Assembly: GCA_964435035.1 (NCBI GenBank)
Contig: CAYSXR010000005.1
Location: forward strand, 10,564 to 67,434
Source of the DNA: an uncultured Gammaproteobacteria bacterium
Lineage (GTDB): Bacteria > Patescibacteriota > Patescibacteriia > Magasanikbacterales > UBA922
Direction: 5' to 3'
DNA: 56,871 bases
Of the stretch, positions 18,348-27,559 are shown piece by piece; position 1 is the first letter of the stretch, and every line of letters begins with the position of its first letter. The notes beneath the pieces are model-generated. The model was not told the DNA's origin and ran no database searches. It saw only the letters and a list, made by a program, of their open reading frames with translations. Position numbers and translations under genes: made by a program.

Positions 18348-19031
18348 ATGTTTACAATTCATGCGGAAAGTACGCTCGTTCCGATGAATGAAAGGGGTGG
18401 AGAAAAAATAGAGAACTTTTTATATATCTCGTTTTTTATCTTAATCCAAGCCCTGGTCATTTCGGAATATCTATTTAGTCCAAAAAAAGGATCTGATATT
18501 TTTTGGTTTTGTAATCACGCTTCAATTCTATATGCATATGCATATTACAAAGGGCGTCCACAAATGGTAATAGGTATTTTGCAGGTGGGGATTGTGATTC
18601 AAATCCTGTGGTTGATTGGATTTATGAGCCATATTTTTGGTTTAGAAGTTCTAGACATTACAAGCTATATGTTCGAGGGAACATTTAATTATGGAAAAAG
18701 TATTGCACTTATTGTGCACATGTTGCTTCCTATAGGTACCTTGTGGTTTTTGCGCAAAGAAAAACCACGTTTGGTATCATTGTTCTATTCAGTAGTGTAC
18801 TGCACTACTATGTATATCTCAGTTATACTATCCACTCCGATAGATGAAAATGTAAATTGTGTGTTTGCTCCATGCACATCACTGTTGCCTAAGTGGGGTT
18901 ATACCCTATTATGGCCTGTCTATACTGGAACCATGGTATTTTTGACCCATTGGGGGTATAGAATGATATATAGATTTTTCCATAGAGAACAGAAAAGGGT
19001 GCAATCGCTCTATCCAATTCCTATCAAATAA
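18348..19031 (+). CDS. hypothetical multi-pass membrane protein
   Basis: Hydrophobic segments throughout; no motif recognised. The start is uncertain. Confidence 0.5.
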   Translation: MFTIHAESTLVPMNERGGEKIENFLYISFFILIQALVISEYLFSPKKGSDIFWFCNHASILYAYAYYKGRPQMVIGILQVGIVIQILWLIGFMSHIFGLEVLDITSYMFEGTFNYGKSIALIVHMLLPIGTLWFLRKEKPRLVSLFYSVVYCTTMYISVILSTPIDENVNCVFAPCTSLLPKWGYTLLWPVYTGTMVFLTHWGYRMIYRFFHREQKRVQSLYPIPIK

Positions 19032-19103
19032 TCCACATCCTGAACAAAAAAGGTATCCAAGAGGGCGTTGTATTTTTTTCCATAACTAAGTACAATAGGC
19101 GTC

Positions 19104-20312
19104 ATGAAAAAAATACTACTATTTATAATTTTTATTCTAGTCCTTGGTTTCACTGGATGGTATATCTGGAGGAATATTTTGTGGTTTCGCGCAGGGGACC
19201 CTGGTGGAGCTATGGAGAAGGCAAGGACAGAAGCGATTGATCGCGTGCTTGATGCTAGGCGTACTCGAGTAGAGGGTGGAGAGGATGCTGACCCATTTGG
19301 CGAAGATGGTATTGCACGCGTACTTTTGATTGGGCTTGATAAACGCGTCGGGCAAACCAGTGGGCACTGCGATGTGATCCAGATGATTACTATTGATACT
19401 AAGGAAGAAAAGGTGACGATTACTGCAGTACCCCGTGGAACGTATTCGCCGCTTCCTCCAGGTACCGGAGTCACGTCGTCTGATTATTATGTATCCAATG
19501 CGTGTGGACTTGGTGGAATTGAATATGGTATTAATCAGATTGAAAAAATACTTGGGATGAAGGCAGATTATCTGGTGATTGTTGGATTCTCAGAAACACT
19601 AGGGGTGCTTCGAAGTTTGCGTCTTCCAACGACTGAAACACTGCAGTGGCTTCGCCAGAGACATGCATACCAAATTGGCGAGCCCCAGCGGGCGCACAAT
19701 CATTCAACATTTTTGAAACAAATGTTAATCGGGTATGTACCAGACGAGCCATCCAAAATTGATAAGGCACTTCACTACGTGGTGTACAAAATTGTAAAAA
19801 CAGATTTATCATTTGATGAGGCAGAAGCACTGGTAAGTGCACTGTCGAATATGAAAATTTCTGCACGTCCTGATGATATTATTCTTGCAATGCGCCCGGC
19901 ACACACGGTTTCTGATATTCCGTATATTCCTGATGAACTGGGTGAATACCTAGATAATACCCTTGGTAGAATCAAAAATAATCTTGGACAAAATGATTAT
20001 AGCGGGACTACGACGGATGAAATACAAGAAACACTACTTACGATGATTGATGAGAAGAAAAATGATAAAGAGTTTGTGGTATGGGCATTTGAAAATAATT
20101 TATGGCTCCAGGTTGAAGACGAACAAACACGTTTGCAAACCCAGTATGATTTTCTACGATTATATTTGGAAATGGAAATAGAAAAAGATGAAGCAACAAG
20201 AAGACTCTTGATTACGGATTACACCTTGGAGATGGAGCATAGCGGACAGGAGAGTTGGGCAGTCAAAGGACGAGAATTACTTGCAGAGGAAATTGAAAAA
20301 CAACAGAAATAA
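19104..20312 (+). CDS. LytR-CpsA-Psr (LCP) family protein with a C-terminal extension
   Basis: N-terminal TM; VLLIGLDKR...GHCDVIQMITIDTKEEKVTITAVPRGTY...ADYLVIVGFS resembles the LCP core. Confidence 0.7.
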   Translation: MKKILLFIIFILVLGFTGWYIWRNILWFRAGDPGGAMEKARTEAIDRVLDARRTRVEGGEDADPFGEDGIARVLLIGLDKRVGQTSGHCDVIQMITIDTKEEKVTITAVPRGTYSPLPPGTGVTSSDYYVSNACGLGGIEYGINQIEKILGMKADYLVIVGFSETLGVLRSLRLPTTETLQWLRQRHAYQIGEPQRAHNHSTFLKQMLIGYVPDEPSKIDKALHYVVYKIVKTDLSFDEAEALVSALSNMKISARPDDIILAMRPAHTVSDIPYIPDELGEYLDNTLGRIKNNLGQNDYSGTTTDEIQETLLTMIDEKKNDKEFVVWAFENNLWLQVEDEQTRLQTQYDFLRLYLEMEIEKDEATRRLLITDYTLEMEHSGQESWAVKGRELLAEEIEKQQK

Positions 20313-20320
20313 AAAAGACG

Positions 20321-20827
20321 CTAACTTGAGCGCTCTTTTTTTATGATTATATAATCAATTTTTTTCTTTCCGATCTCGACGGTAATAGTATCTCCAACTT
20401 TTTTCCCAATGAGTGCTTCTCCTATGGGGGAATTATGTGAAATGATTCCCTTGTGCGGGTTAGTCTCACTTGATCCTAATATTTGGTATGTTTTTTCTGT
20501 TCCGTTGGACTCCACCGTGACCGTGTCTCCAAGTTCAATGGTAACACTTGTGGATTTGGAAGAAATAATTTCTGAATGTTTGAGCTGGTTTTCTAGAATG
20601 AGTATTCGTTGGTTGACTGATCGGAGCTTTCCTTTTGCCAATTGATATTCTACGTTTTCAGAAAAGTCTCCGAGCTCTGCGAGGCGACCCACTTCTTTTG
20701 CTAGCTTTGGACGATCTGTATACAATTGCTCGAGTTTGCGAGTGAGCTCATCTAGCTTTTCTTGGGTAACAAAAGGGTCCAAGGGGGTGTGGGCATATTT
20801 GCCTAGTTTTCGGTAAGGAAGTTGCAT
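20321..20827 (-). CDS. greA: transcription elongation factor GreA
   Basis: Coiled-coil NTD (ELGDFSENVEYQLAKGKLRSVNQRILILENQL) and CTD (ISHNSPIGEALIGKKVGDTITV). Confidence 0.92.
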   Translation of the reverse strand: MQLPYRKLGKYAHTPLDPFVTQEKLDELTRKLEQLYTDRPKLAKEVGRLAELGDFSENVEYQLAKGKLRSVNQRILILENQLKHSEIISSKSTSVTIELGDTVTVESNGTEKTYQILGSSETNPHKGIISHNSPIGEALIGKKVGDTITVEIGKKKIDYIIIKKERSS

Positions 20828-21024
20828 AGGACAGTATCATAGCAAGTATACGGTGTTTTTACAAAAATACACCAGAATTGTCTGATGTATTTTTGTAATG
20901 GAGCGATGGCAAGCTCCTGGTTGAATTGCTTCTGCTTCTGTGTCCATCCGCTCATGTGGGAGCGCATAGAAGCAGGGTATAAGGAACATCATCGGTGCAC
21001 TCATGCGTAATACACGTCTGGTAT

Positions 21025-21663
21025 CTAGGAACGATCATAGTGGGCGAGTTTCTTTTCCATGTCTTTCCGTGCATAGAAGAGCCGACTTGTCACGGTGCCG
21101 AGAGGGCATCCAAGTGAGGTTGCGATCTCTTCATAGCTCATGCCGCGGAGTTCTCTCATCTCGAAAACCACTCGGTTTCTGGGAGGAAGTGTATTCAGCG
21201 CTCTAGTGAACTGTGTGCAGTACTCATGGTGCAGGTATACTGCATCAGGAGTAGGGATGTCCGCGTGCATGCGAATATCCTGTCGTGTCTCATCATGCAT
21301 CCTGGTGTCGAAGTACTCAGTAGACGCTGCACGCCTTTCCTTTCGAATGCGGTCGATGCAGGTGTTCTTCGTGAGCATCCAGAGCCAGGTTGAAAACGTG
21401 CATTTCTCATCAAACGTTTTCACATGGGTGAGAACTTTCACGAAGACATCATGCATGACGTCTTGCGCCGCTTCGAGATTGCGAACCATGGAGTACGCAA
21501 TCTTCATGATCAGTTTGCGGTACCTCTGGTAGAGTTGTTGGAATGCGCGATGATCGCCTTCTTTGCAGAGTGCGATGATGTTACTCTCTTCAATCGCGGT
21601 AGGTTTGTCTTTTTTCAAGGTGTACCTCCGTAATATGGTTCTAGTCCCCTCAAGTAGACACAT
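21025..21663 (-). CDS. ECF-type RNA polymerase sigma factor (GC-rich, C-ending codon bias)
   Basis: Region 2 (DVMHDVFVKVLTHVKTFDEKCTFSTWLWMLTKNTCIDRIRKERR) and region 4 (MSYEEIATSLGCPLGTVTSRLFYARK). Composition is clearly higher in GC than the neighbours. Confidence 0.85.
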   Translation of the reverse strand: MCLLEGTRTILRRYTLKKDKPTAIEESNIIALCKEGDHRAFQQLYQRYRKLIMKIAYSMVRNLEAAQDVMHDVFVKVLTHVKTFDEKCTFSTWLWMLTKNTCIDRIRKERRAASTEYFDTRMHDETRQDIRMHADIPTPDAVYLHHEYCTQFTRALNTLPPRNRVVFEMRELRGMSYEEIATSLGCPLGTVTSRLFYARKDMEKKLAHYDRS

Positions 21664-21734
21664 TGTATCTAAACATAACAGTAGTATAAAAAATCGTCAA
21701 GAAAATGTTGTTATGTGCATTGCATTGTTAATGA

Positions 21735-21763
21735 TTGACAGATATGAGATATACGACTATAGT
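21735..21763 (+). promoter_or_regulatory. sigma70-type promoter
   Basis: TTGACA 21735-21740, 17-nt spacer, TATAGT 21758-21763. Confidence 0.6.
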
Positions 21764-21806
21764 AAAAATAGACCTTCGTTAAGTGGGTATATAACACCTT
21801 AATCAT

Positions 21807-21962
21807 ATGGCAGACGATACCGGAGGATCAAACACAGGAAAAAATTTTATTAAAGGATTTACCGCAGGATTGGCAGATGCGAAAGAAGTAAAACAGGAGA
21901 AAAAAGAACAAAGTCAGGAAATACACGAGAAATTAGAAGAAACAGAGGAGAAAAAAGATTAA
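21807..21962 (+). CDS. small Lys/Glu-rich protein (51 aa), hypothetical
   Basis: MADDTGGSNTGKNFIKGFTAGLADAKEVKQEKKEQSQEIHEKLEETEEKKD. Flanked by a consensus promoter and an intrinsic terminator; below the ORF-track size cutoff. Confidence 0.5.
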   Translation: MADDTGGSNTGKNFIKGFTAGLADAKEVKQEKKEQSQEIHEKLEETEEKKD

Positions 21963-21976
21963 TGATTACTCATACT

Positions 21977-22002
21977 AAAAAAGCCTTATGTAAGGCTTTT
22001 TT
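21977..22002 (+). terminator. intrinsic terminator
   Basis: AAAAAAGCCTTA-TG-TAAGGCTTTTTT. Confidence 0.8.
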
Positions 22003-22076
22003 AGTATCTAAGACTGTGGTGTGAAATAAAGAGTGTGGTATAGTTGTAGTAATGAATAGATCCCGAATTTCATTTT

Positions 22077-22631
22077 ATGGACCCACTCCGAACGGATGAG
22101 GAACTCGCATTGGATGTGCAACAGGGAAACAGCGAAGCCTTTAGTGTGTTATTCAATCGATATGAGCAAAAAATGCTTCGTTATGGTAAGCGGTTTTTGT
22201 ATACCTATGAGGATTTAGAAGATGCAGTGCAGGAAGTGTTTATAAAAACCTATAAAAATATCCAAAGCTTTAATACTACCAAGAAATTCTCAACCTGGTT
22301 GTACCGTATCGCGCACAATACGTTTATTAATGTAATCAAGAAAAATGGAAGAGAGCCTGTATCATTTTTTGACTTCGATACATTAGTGAAAATCCCATCC
22401 AAAACCACCGATACACTTGAAGATGATTTTTTGAAAGTAGAAGACGCTGAATCGTTGGCTGATGTAATGAAAAAAATATCACCCAAATATCGCGAAGCAC
22501 TAGTGTTATTTTATTTTGAAGAATTAGAATACAAAGAAATTGCAGAAATTCTGAAAATACCGATTTCAACAGTAGGGGTGAGAATAACTCGAGGCAGAAC
22601 AATGCTCAAAAAAATGATTTCTAATACATAA
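22077..22631 (+). CDS. ECF-type RNA polymerase sigma factor
   Basis: EDAVQEVFIKTYKNIQSFNTTKKFSTWLYRIAHNTFINVIKK (region 2) and LEYKEIAEILKIPISTVGVRITRGR (region 4). Confidence 0.88.
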   Translation: MDPLRTDEELALDVQQGNSEAFSVLFNRYEQKMLRYGKRFLYTYEDLEDAVQEVFIKTYKNIQSFNTTKKFSTWLYRIAHNTFINVIKKNGREPVSFFDFDTLVKIPSKTTDTLEDDFLKVEDAESLADVMKKISPKYREALVLFYFEELEYKEIAEILKIPISTVGVRITRGRTMLKKMISNT

Positions 22632-22633
22632 GT

Positions 22634-23332
22634 ATGCAGGAAGAAACCAAAAAAATTAATATTGATCGCATCCTTGAATCCATTAAGAAGGGAGAGTTAA
22701 AAATGCGCCCCAAATGGCATTTTGTGTTGAAAACAGTGCTTCTCATATTGGGTTCGGTTATACTCGCTCTATCATTATTTTATCTGATTAGTCTGATTAT
22801 TTTTGGACTTCGTGAAACCGGAGTCATATTTACACCAGGATTTGGCGTACGAGGAATGATTTTATTTTTACGTTCACTGCCATGGCTCCTGATCCTCTTG
22901 GTGGGAATATTTTTGGTTATTCTTGAAATTTTAGTCCGCTCCTATTCATTTGCGTATAAGACCCCACTCGTATATTCAGCAGCATTGATTGTGTTGATTG
23001 CATTTGTGGGAGGGTGGATTGTTGCTCGTACACCCTTACACCCCCTCATGATACGACATGTACCAGAATTCAATATTCCGCTCGTAGGTGGAGGATATCC
23101 TGATATTCGGTTTCCAATGTTTAAGGAAGTACACACCGGAAGAATAATAGTGATTACTCCCAAAGGTTTCGACATACAGAATCCTCGTAATGAGATGTTC
23201 ATGGTGATTGTTACCCCACAGACAAAAATTAAGAGGGATGTTCAGTTTCATACGGGAGATCGGGTGATGATTATGGGTCCTCGGTTTGGAAATGAGATTA
23301 GGGCAATGGGGGTGCGGAAAATATCAGAATGA
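22634..23332 (+). CDS. membrane protein translationally coupled to the sigma factor (putative anti-sigma/partner)
   Basis: The start is 3 nt after the sigma stop. Four TM helices; no recognised zinc-finger anti-sigma motif. The role is inferred from position only. Confidence 0.45.
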   Translation: MQEETKKINIDRILESIKKGELKMRPKWHFVLKTVLLILGSVILALSLFYLISLIIFGLRETGVIFTPGFGVRGMILFLRSLPWLLILLVGIFLVILEILVRSYSFAYKTPLVYSAALIVLIAFVGGWIVARTPLHPLMIRHVPEFNIPLVGGGYPDIRFPMFKEVHTGRIIVITPKGFDIQNPRNEMFMVIVTPQTKIKRDVQFHTGDRVMIMGPRFGNEIRAMGVRKISE

Positions 23333-23410
23333 AATAAATCAGTGAGAGTAGGTGTAGTATTATATGTAGCCCGGGAAACATAATGCTAAATCATAATTAC
23401 ATATGATACT

Positions 23411-23905
23411 ATGAAAAAAAGTATACAATATGCAGTATTACCTGCAGTAGCACTTGCACTATTAGGCGCAGGAGTTGTGTCAGCACAGGGAATGGGGGAG
23501 GGTGGAAAAATGAGAGGAGGCGGACATGAAGGAGGTTTCCTTGTCTTCAATGACGTGGATTCGGAAGAATTCGCAAATCGTCAATCAGAAATGTTTGCGA
23601 CTCAGGCAGAACTCACCGGTCTTAGTATTAGTGAAATTAAAGATGCGTGGGCAGAGGGGAAAAATTTGAATGAATTACTCACTGAAAAGGGGATTGATGT
23701 AGAAAAATTTAGAGAACAAATGAAAGCAAAAGCTGAGGAAAAAATGAAAGAACATATTCAGTCGCTTGTTACAAAAGGAGTGATTACCCAGGCACAAGCT
23801 GATAAACGAATTGAGTTTATGAAAAATCATGTGCCAGAGGTTAAAGGAAAAATGAGGGGGCGACTTGAACAAAAAAATGACATCCCCGTAGAAGTAAAAT
23901 CATAA
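23411..23905 (+). CDS. secreted helical protein, unknown function
   Basis: Signal peptide MKKSIQYAVLPAVALALLGAGVVSAQG, then charged helical repeats. Confidence 0.6.
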   Translation: MKKSIQYAVLPAVALALLGAGVVSAQGMGEGGKMRGGGHEGGFLVFNDVDSEEFANRQSEMFATQAELTGLSISEIKDAWAEGKNLNELLTEKGIDVEKFREQMKAKAEEKMKEHIQSLVTKGVITQAQADKRIEFMKNHVPEVKGKMRGRLEQKNDIPVEVKS

Positions 23906-23915
23906 TTGAATAAAT

Positions 23916-23950
23916 AAAAAACACCCGGACTATACATCTGGGTGTTTTTT
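23916..23950. terminator. bidirectional intrinsic terminator
   Basis: AAAAAACACCCGGA...TCTGGGTGTTTTTT between convergent genes. Confidence 0.75.
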
Positions 23951-23960
23951 GTAATTCATC

Positions 23961-24647
23961 TTAAATTTCGTAGATCACATCTTTTCGTTCGACTACTATT
24001 TTCCAACCACGCTGTTTTGCATTGGTAAATAATTCTTGGCTCGGATTGAATGCAATAGGATTTTCAACTAGATTGAGAAATGCAATGTCGCCATTAGTAT
24101 CTCCAATCCCAATTGATTCTTGCAAACCAAGACCACGCTCAGTACAAAAATTGTTGAGTGTTGTATCCTTTACCTCATATGATGGGAACACGACTTCGCC
24201 GGTATATACACCATTTTCTGATCCGTAGATAGTGCCATATGCTTTATCGAATTTCCAATTTTCGGTAAATGCATCAACAACTTCGCGTGGAGAACCTGAA
24301 ATGGCGACCAGGAGATGATCAGGACGTAATCGCTCGATCATGTCGCGCGTATATACATATACGTGTTCCATTTTTTCGGCAACAATAAATCTACTTACTT
24401 TCTGGATATCTTCAACTACTTTTCCTTTCAAGCGATTTTGGTACGAGACAATCAATGATTTTTCAAAATCACGATAATGTCCACGACGATTGATCCAGTC
24501 ATCGTGATATTCCTCAATTTCTTTTAACACAATTGCAGGGAATATTCCATATTCTACGAGACCCTTAAACAATTCAAAGTGTAAATTCGATCTGAAAATA
24601 GTCCCATCAATATCAAAAACAGCAATTTTTTTCTTTGTTTCTTCCAT
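23961..24647 (-). CDS. HAD-IB family hydrolase (SerB-like phosphatase family)
   Basis: Motif I VFDIDGTIF; later SGSPREVV and GIGDTNGDIAFL (motif IV). Confidence 0.85.
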   Translation of the reverse strand: MEETKKKIAVFDIDGTIFRSNLHFELFKGLVEYGIFPAIVLKEIEEYHDDWINRRGHYRDFEKSLIVSYQNRLKGKVVEDIQKVSRFIVAEKMEHVYVYTRDMIERLRPDHLLVAISGSPREVVDAFTENWKFDKAYGTIYGSENGVYTGEVVFPSYEVKDTTLNNFCTERGLGLQESIGIGDTNGDIAFLNLVENPIAFNPSQELFTNAKQRGWKIVVERKDVIYEI

Positions 24648-24817
24648 ATACTCTAGAACAAGTGTAAAGAAACAGTATACGCTATCGTAGTATTATTTGC
24701 AATAAGAAGAGATCCTCATCTAATTGAACAGTCCAATAGGTGTGCGGTAAGTAGTATGTTAAGTGTTACTTTTTTTGTCCTTTACCGTATACTATATACA
24801 GATTTTAATTTAGTAGT

Positions 24818-25393
24818 ATGCCTATAGGTTTTTTTGAAGATAAGCTGGTACTGGCACAAAAAGGAGACCGTGCTGCTTTTAGTGAGGTCTATGATGGATT
24901 TGTAAAAAAACTGTATGACTATGCTTTTTTTCGGGTAAAAGACAAACATTCTGCTGAGGATATTGTGGCAGACACATTCATGAAAGCACTTGAGCATGTG
25001 GGATCATTTGATCCAGAGAAAGGTTCGGCAGCATCATGGCTGTATCGAATTGCGAGAAATACACTGGTAGATCAATATCGAATGAACAAAAAAACAACTG
25101 GATTTCCCGAAGATTTTGATGTGGCAGATACCACCGATTTGAAAACACATATAGAAAATAAAGACATGCTCGAAAAAGTGGAAAATGCATTAGAAAAATT
25201 ATCAGAACGTGAACGTGAAATCATTATACTTCGGGTCTGGGACGAACTTTCGTATAAAGAAATTGCTGAGGTGCTGGGAAAAAGTGAAGCCAGTCTGAAA
25301 ATGGCTGCTTCTCGAGCTTTGAAGTCGCTTCGAAAAGAGTTACCGTTGGGGGTATATCTAGGGATTCTCTTAGTGATGAGTAGTAAGTTATAA
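24818..25393 (+). CDS. ECF-type RNA polymerase sigma factor
   Basis: AEDIVADTFMKALEHVGSFDPEKGSAASWLYRIARNTLVDQYR and LSYKEIAEVLGKSEASLKMAASRALKSLR. Confidence 0.88.
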   Translation: MPIGFFEDKLVLAQKGDRAAFSEVYDGFVKKLYDYAFFRVKDKHSAEDIVADTFMKALEHVGSFDPEKGSAASWLYRIARNTLVDQYRMNKKTTGFPEDFDVADTTDLKTHIENKDMLEKVENALEKLSEREREIIILRVWDELSYKEIAEVLGKSEASLKMAASRALKSLRKELPLGVYLGILLVMSSKL

Positions 25394-25516
25394 GTAATAA
25401 GTGGCAAGTGAATACAATTTATTTTCTAACTTACAACTTATTTGTTACTACCTACTACCGATTACGTAGTACAGGTGTAAGGATATCCCGCTAAAACATA
25501 ATTTAGTAAATAGTAT

Positions 25517-27043
25517 ATGGAAAAAAATATTCAATTCATTCTTGATGAGCTCTACCAGATTGATCCTGAGTTGAAAAATCATCAAGTGGAAATCGCACAA
25601 ATAGTTGATACTATGATGAAACATAAACCACATACGCAATTCGATGAGAATTTTGCCCGTGAACTGAAAACAAAAGTACTTGAAAAGTTTTCTCATGGGA
25701 TTACGACAGAAAAAAAGCCGTTCTCATTTTTTAGATCAAAATTTGTCTATACACTCAGTGGTGCGCTTGCAACACTTGCGATTGCACTGCCGATTGTGTA
25801 TGTGACGTCAGGAAACATCTCGAATCAATGGGTAAAGAACAGTTTTACGGGTGGAACACAGGTCGTACGAGCTGAGGCAAATGCATTTGGTCCATTATCA
25901 CCGGTGACAGCGAATGTGAATACGGCTGAAAGTGCGACTAATGTAGCGGCTCCGATGACAGCGGGTATGGGGGGTGATGCGGTGAAGATCAGCGGTACGT
26001 CTCTCTTGTATAATCCAGAATATATTAATTATCATTTTACATTCAATGGAGAATTGCCAGAATTGGATGATAGTATTGAGGTTTTGAAACGTGAGTCAGG
26101 AACTGATGCTGCAACACAATATGCGGGAATACTACAAAAAATAAAATTAGGCATTTTCGATCTGGGAAAAATACAGCAAGCACGAGTACAAAATTTTTCT
26201 CTTGTTGAAGATAGAGAACAAGGCTATGTGATAAATGTGGATATGATTGGAGGAACAGTGTCGATTTCAGAAAATTACTCTGCATGGGCGTGGCGTTCAG
26301 CGCGACCATTCATCGAATGTAGTGTCGATTCTTGCGTTGATCCGAATAGAATTACGATTGATGAAGTGCCTGAAGATGTCGAATTATTGAAAGTCGCTGA
26401 TGAATTTTTGAAAGAATATGGGATAGATATGAGCTCGTATAGCGCGGGGAAGGTAGATACTCGTTGGAGAATTGGATATGAACGTGCAGAAGATAAGGAT
26501 GCATTCTATATCTCAAATATACAGACTATCATATACCAGCTGATGATTGACGGCATGCCTGTCTATGAAGAATATGGTGAGCCGATGGGTATCCGAGTGA
26601 ATGTCAATGCAACTGAGATGAGAGTAACCAATGTCGATGGAATTATGACAAAGAAATTTAGCGCATCTTCCTATGTCGGAGAGACTGATGATGCACGTCT
26701 CCGTGCACTGATTGAAAAAGGGAGAATGGTCGCATATGATCAGCCTTCTAAGACAGTAGAAGCAGAGTTAGAAAATGCAAAAAAAGGATATATGCGCCGG
26801 TGGCAATACAATGAGAGTAACGGAATTTCAAGTGAAATATTTGTTCCTGCAATCATTGTGGAAGTGAAGGATTTCGAACGATTGCAGGGCGAAGGATTGT
26901 GGCAGAGTAATATTGTAATTCCGCTTGCAAGTGAAATGTTGACCGAGCTTGAAAAACAGGCAGAAGAACCTGTACATATCATGCCATTTGATGCGACACT
27001 GAAAGACGCAGTGAGTGAGCCTGCGGTAGAGCCACGAGGCTAA
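25517..27043 (+). CDS. membrane-anchored protein downstream of the sigma factor (possible anti-sigma with a large extracytoplasmic domain)
   Basis: About 80-aa cytoplasmic helical N-terminus, a single TM (FVYTLSGALATLAIALPIVYV), and a 400-aa external domain. The role is inferred from context. Confidence 0.45.
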   Translation: MEKNIQFILDELYQIDPELKNHQVEIAQIVDTMMKHKPHTQFDENFARELKTKVLEKFSHGITTEKKPFSFFRSKFVYTLSGALATLAIALPIVYVTSGNISNQWVKNSFTGGTQVVRAEANAFGPLSPVTANVNTAESATNVAAPMTAGMGGDAVKISGTSLLYNPEYINYHFTFNGELPELDDSIEVLKRESGTDAATQYAGILQKIKLGIFDLGKIQQARVQNFSLVEDREQGYVINVDMIGGTVSISENYSAWAWRSARPFIECSVDSCVDPNRITIDEVPEDVELLKVADEFLKEYGIDMSSYSAGKVDTRWRIGYERAEDKDAFYISNIQTIIYQLMIDGMPVYEEYGEPMGIRVNVNATEMRVTNVDGIMTKKFSASSYVGETDDARLRALIEKGRMVAYDQPSKTVEAELENAKKGYMRRWQYNESNGISSEIFVPAIIVEVKDFERLQGEGLWQSNIVIPLASEMLTELEKQAEEPVHIMPFDATLKDAVSEPAVEPRG

Positions 27044-27048
27044 GAATA

Positions 27049-27080
27049 AAAACATCCCGACTAAGTCGGGATGTTTTCTT
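27049..27080. terminator. bidirectional intrinsic terminator
   Basis: AACATCCCGAC-TAA-GTCGGGATGTT with flanking A- and T-runs, between convergent genes. Confidence 0.8.
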
Positions 27081-27148
27081 ATATGAAAGGTAGGAACCGT
27101 CATGCGCGATATGGAAGTATATGCGCACATGACGGGGATTCAGCGGAC

Positions 27149-27559
27149 TCAGGGGAGTTCGAGAATCTTGGTGAACAGTGCCTGCAGATCGAGCGTACCT
27201 TCATCATCGGTCATCGCGATCTCTGTCAGGCACTGAGTTGGCAGATCATGTGACTGCTGACTGAATGCCGGACTGTGGTTGTAGACGCCGGCGAAGGTAC
27301 GTGGAGGGTTCTTTTCGTCGAATTTCCGAGACATCATCGGGGCCCTCGTTTCCTGGATCAGGATGAAGGCACGGGTCGAATCGAGCGGAATCATGCCGAT
27401 CACGCGAAACGTCTGGTGAGTGTAGTCGCACACGCGCCCTTTGTTGTAGACGAAGCGCACAGTGAAGACCGGGTGAGTTCCACTTGTGTGCATGGAGTAG
27501 TACAGACTGGTGACGAGTTCGTCCCAGCCAGGACCTCTATTGATGATGAGTGTGAGCAT
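27149..27559 (-). CDS. hypothetical protein (136 aa) in a GC-rich patch
   Basis: The minus-strand frame shows strong C/G third-position bias (ctc atc ggc gac gtc acc ...) and a protein-like sequence. The overlapping plus-strand ORFs look like shadows. Confidence 0.6.
   Translation of the reverse strand: MLTLIINRGPGWDELVTSLYYSMHTSGTHPVFTVRFVYNKGRVCDYTHQTFRVIGMIPLDSTRAFILIQETRAPMMSRKFDEKNPPRTFAGVYNHSPAFSQQSHDLPTQCLTEIAMTDDEGTLDLQALFTKILELP

Noticed and set aside
19010-19474. Long antisense or overlapping ORFs. Examples: 19010..19474 (-), 1293..1646 (-), 2853..3194 (-), 33790..34146 (-), 51831..52268 (-), 53812..54246 (-), 55633..56100 (-), 36361..36594 (+), 38001..38264 (-).
   Set aside because: Each lies opposite or out of frame within a confidently identified gene (LCP, rpsK/rpsD, rpoA/rplQ, tkt, antiporter, atpB, atpF/atpH) or within a GC-rich patch. 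None has a recognisable motif.
20837-21004. 55-aa minus-strand ORF between the GC-rich ECF sigma gene and greA, as a possible anti-sigma factor.
   Set aside because: - No RBS, TM segment or zinc motif.
- The sequence is not protein-like.
- It overlaps an imperfect hairpin (ACAAAAATACACC...GATGTATTTTTGT).
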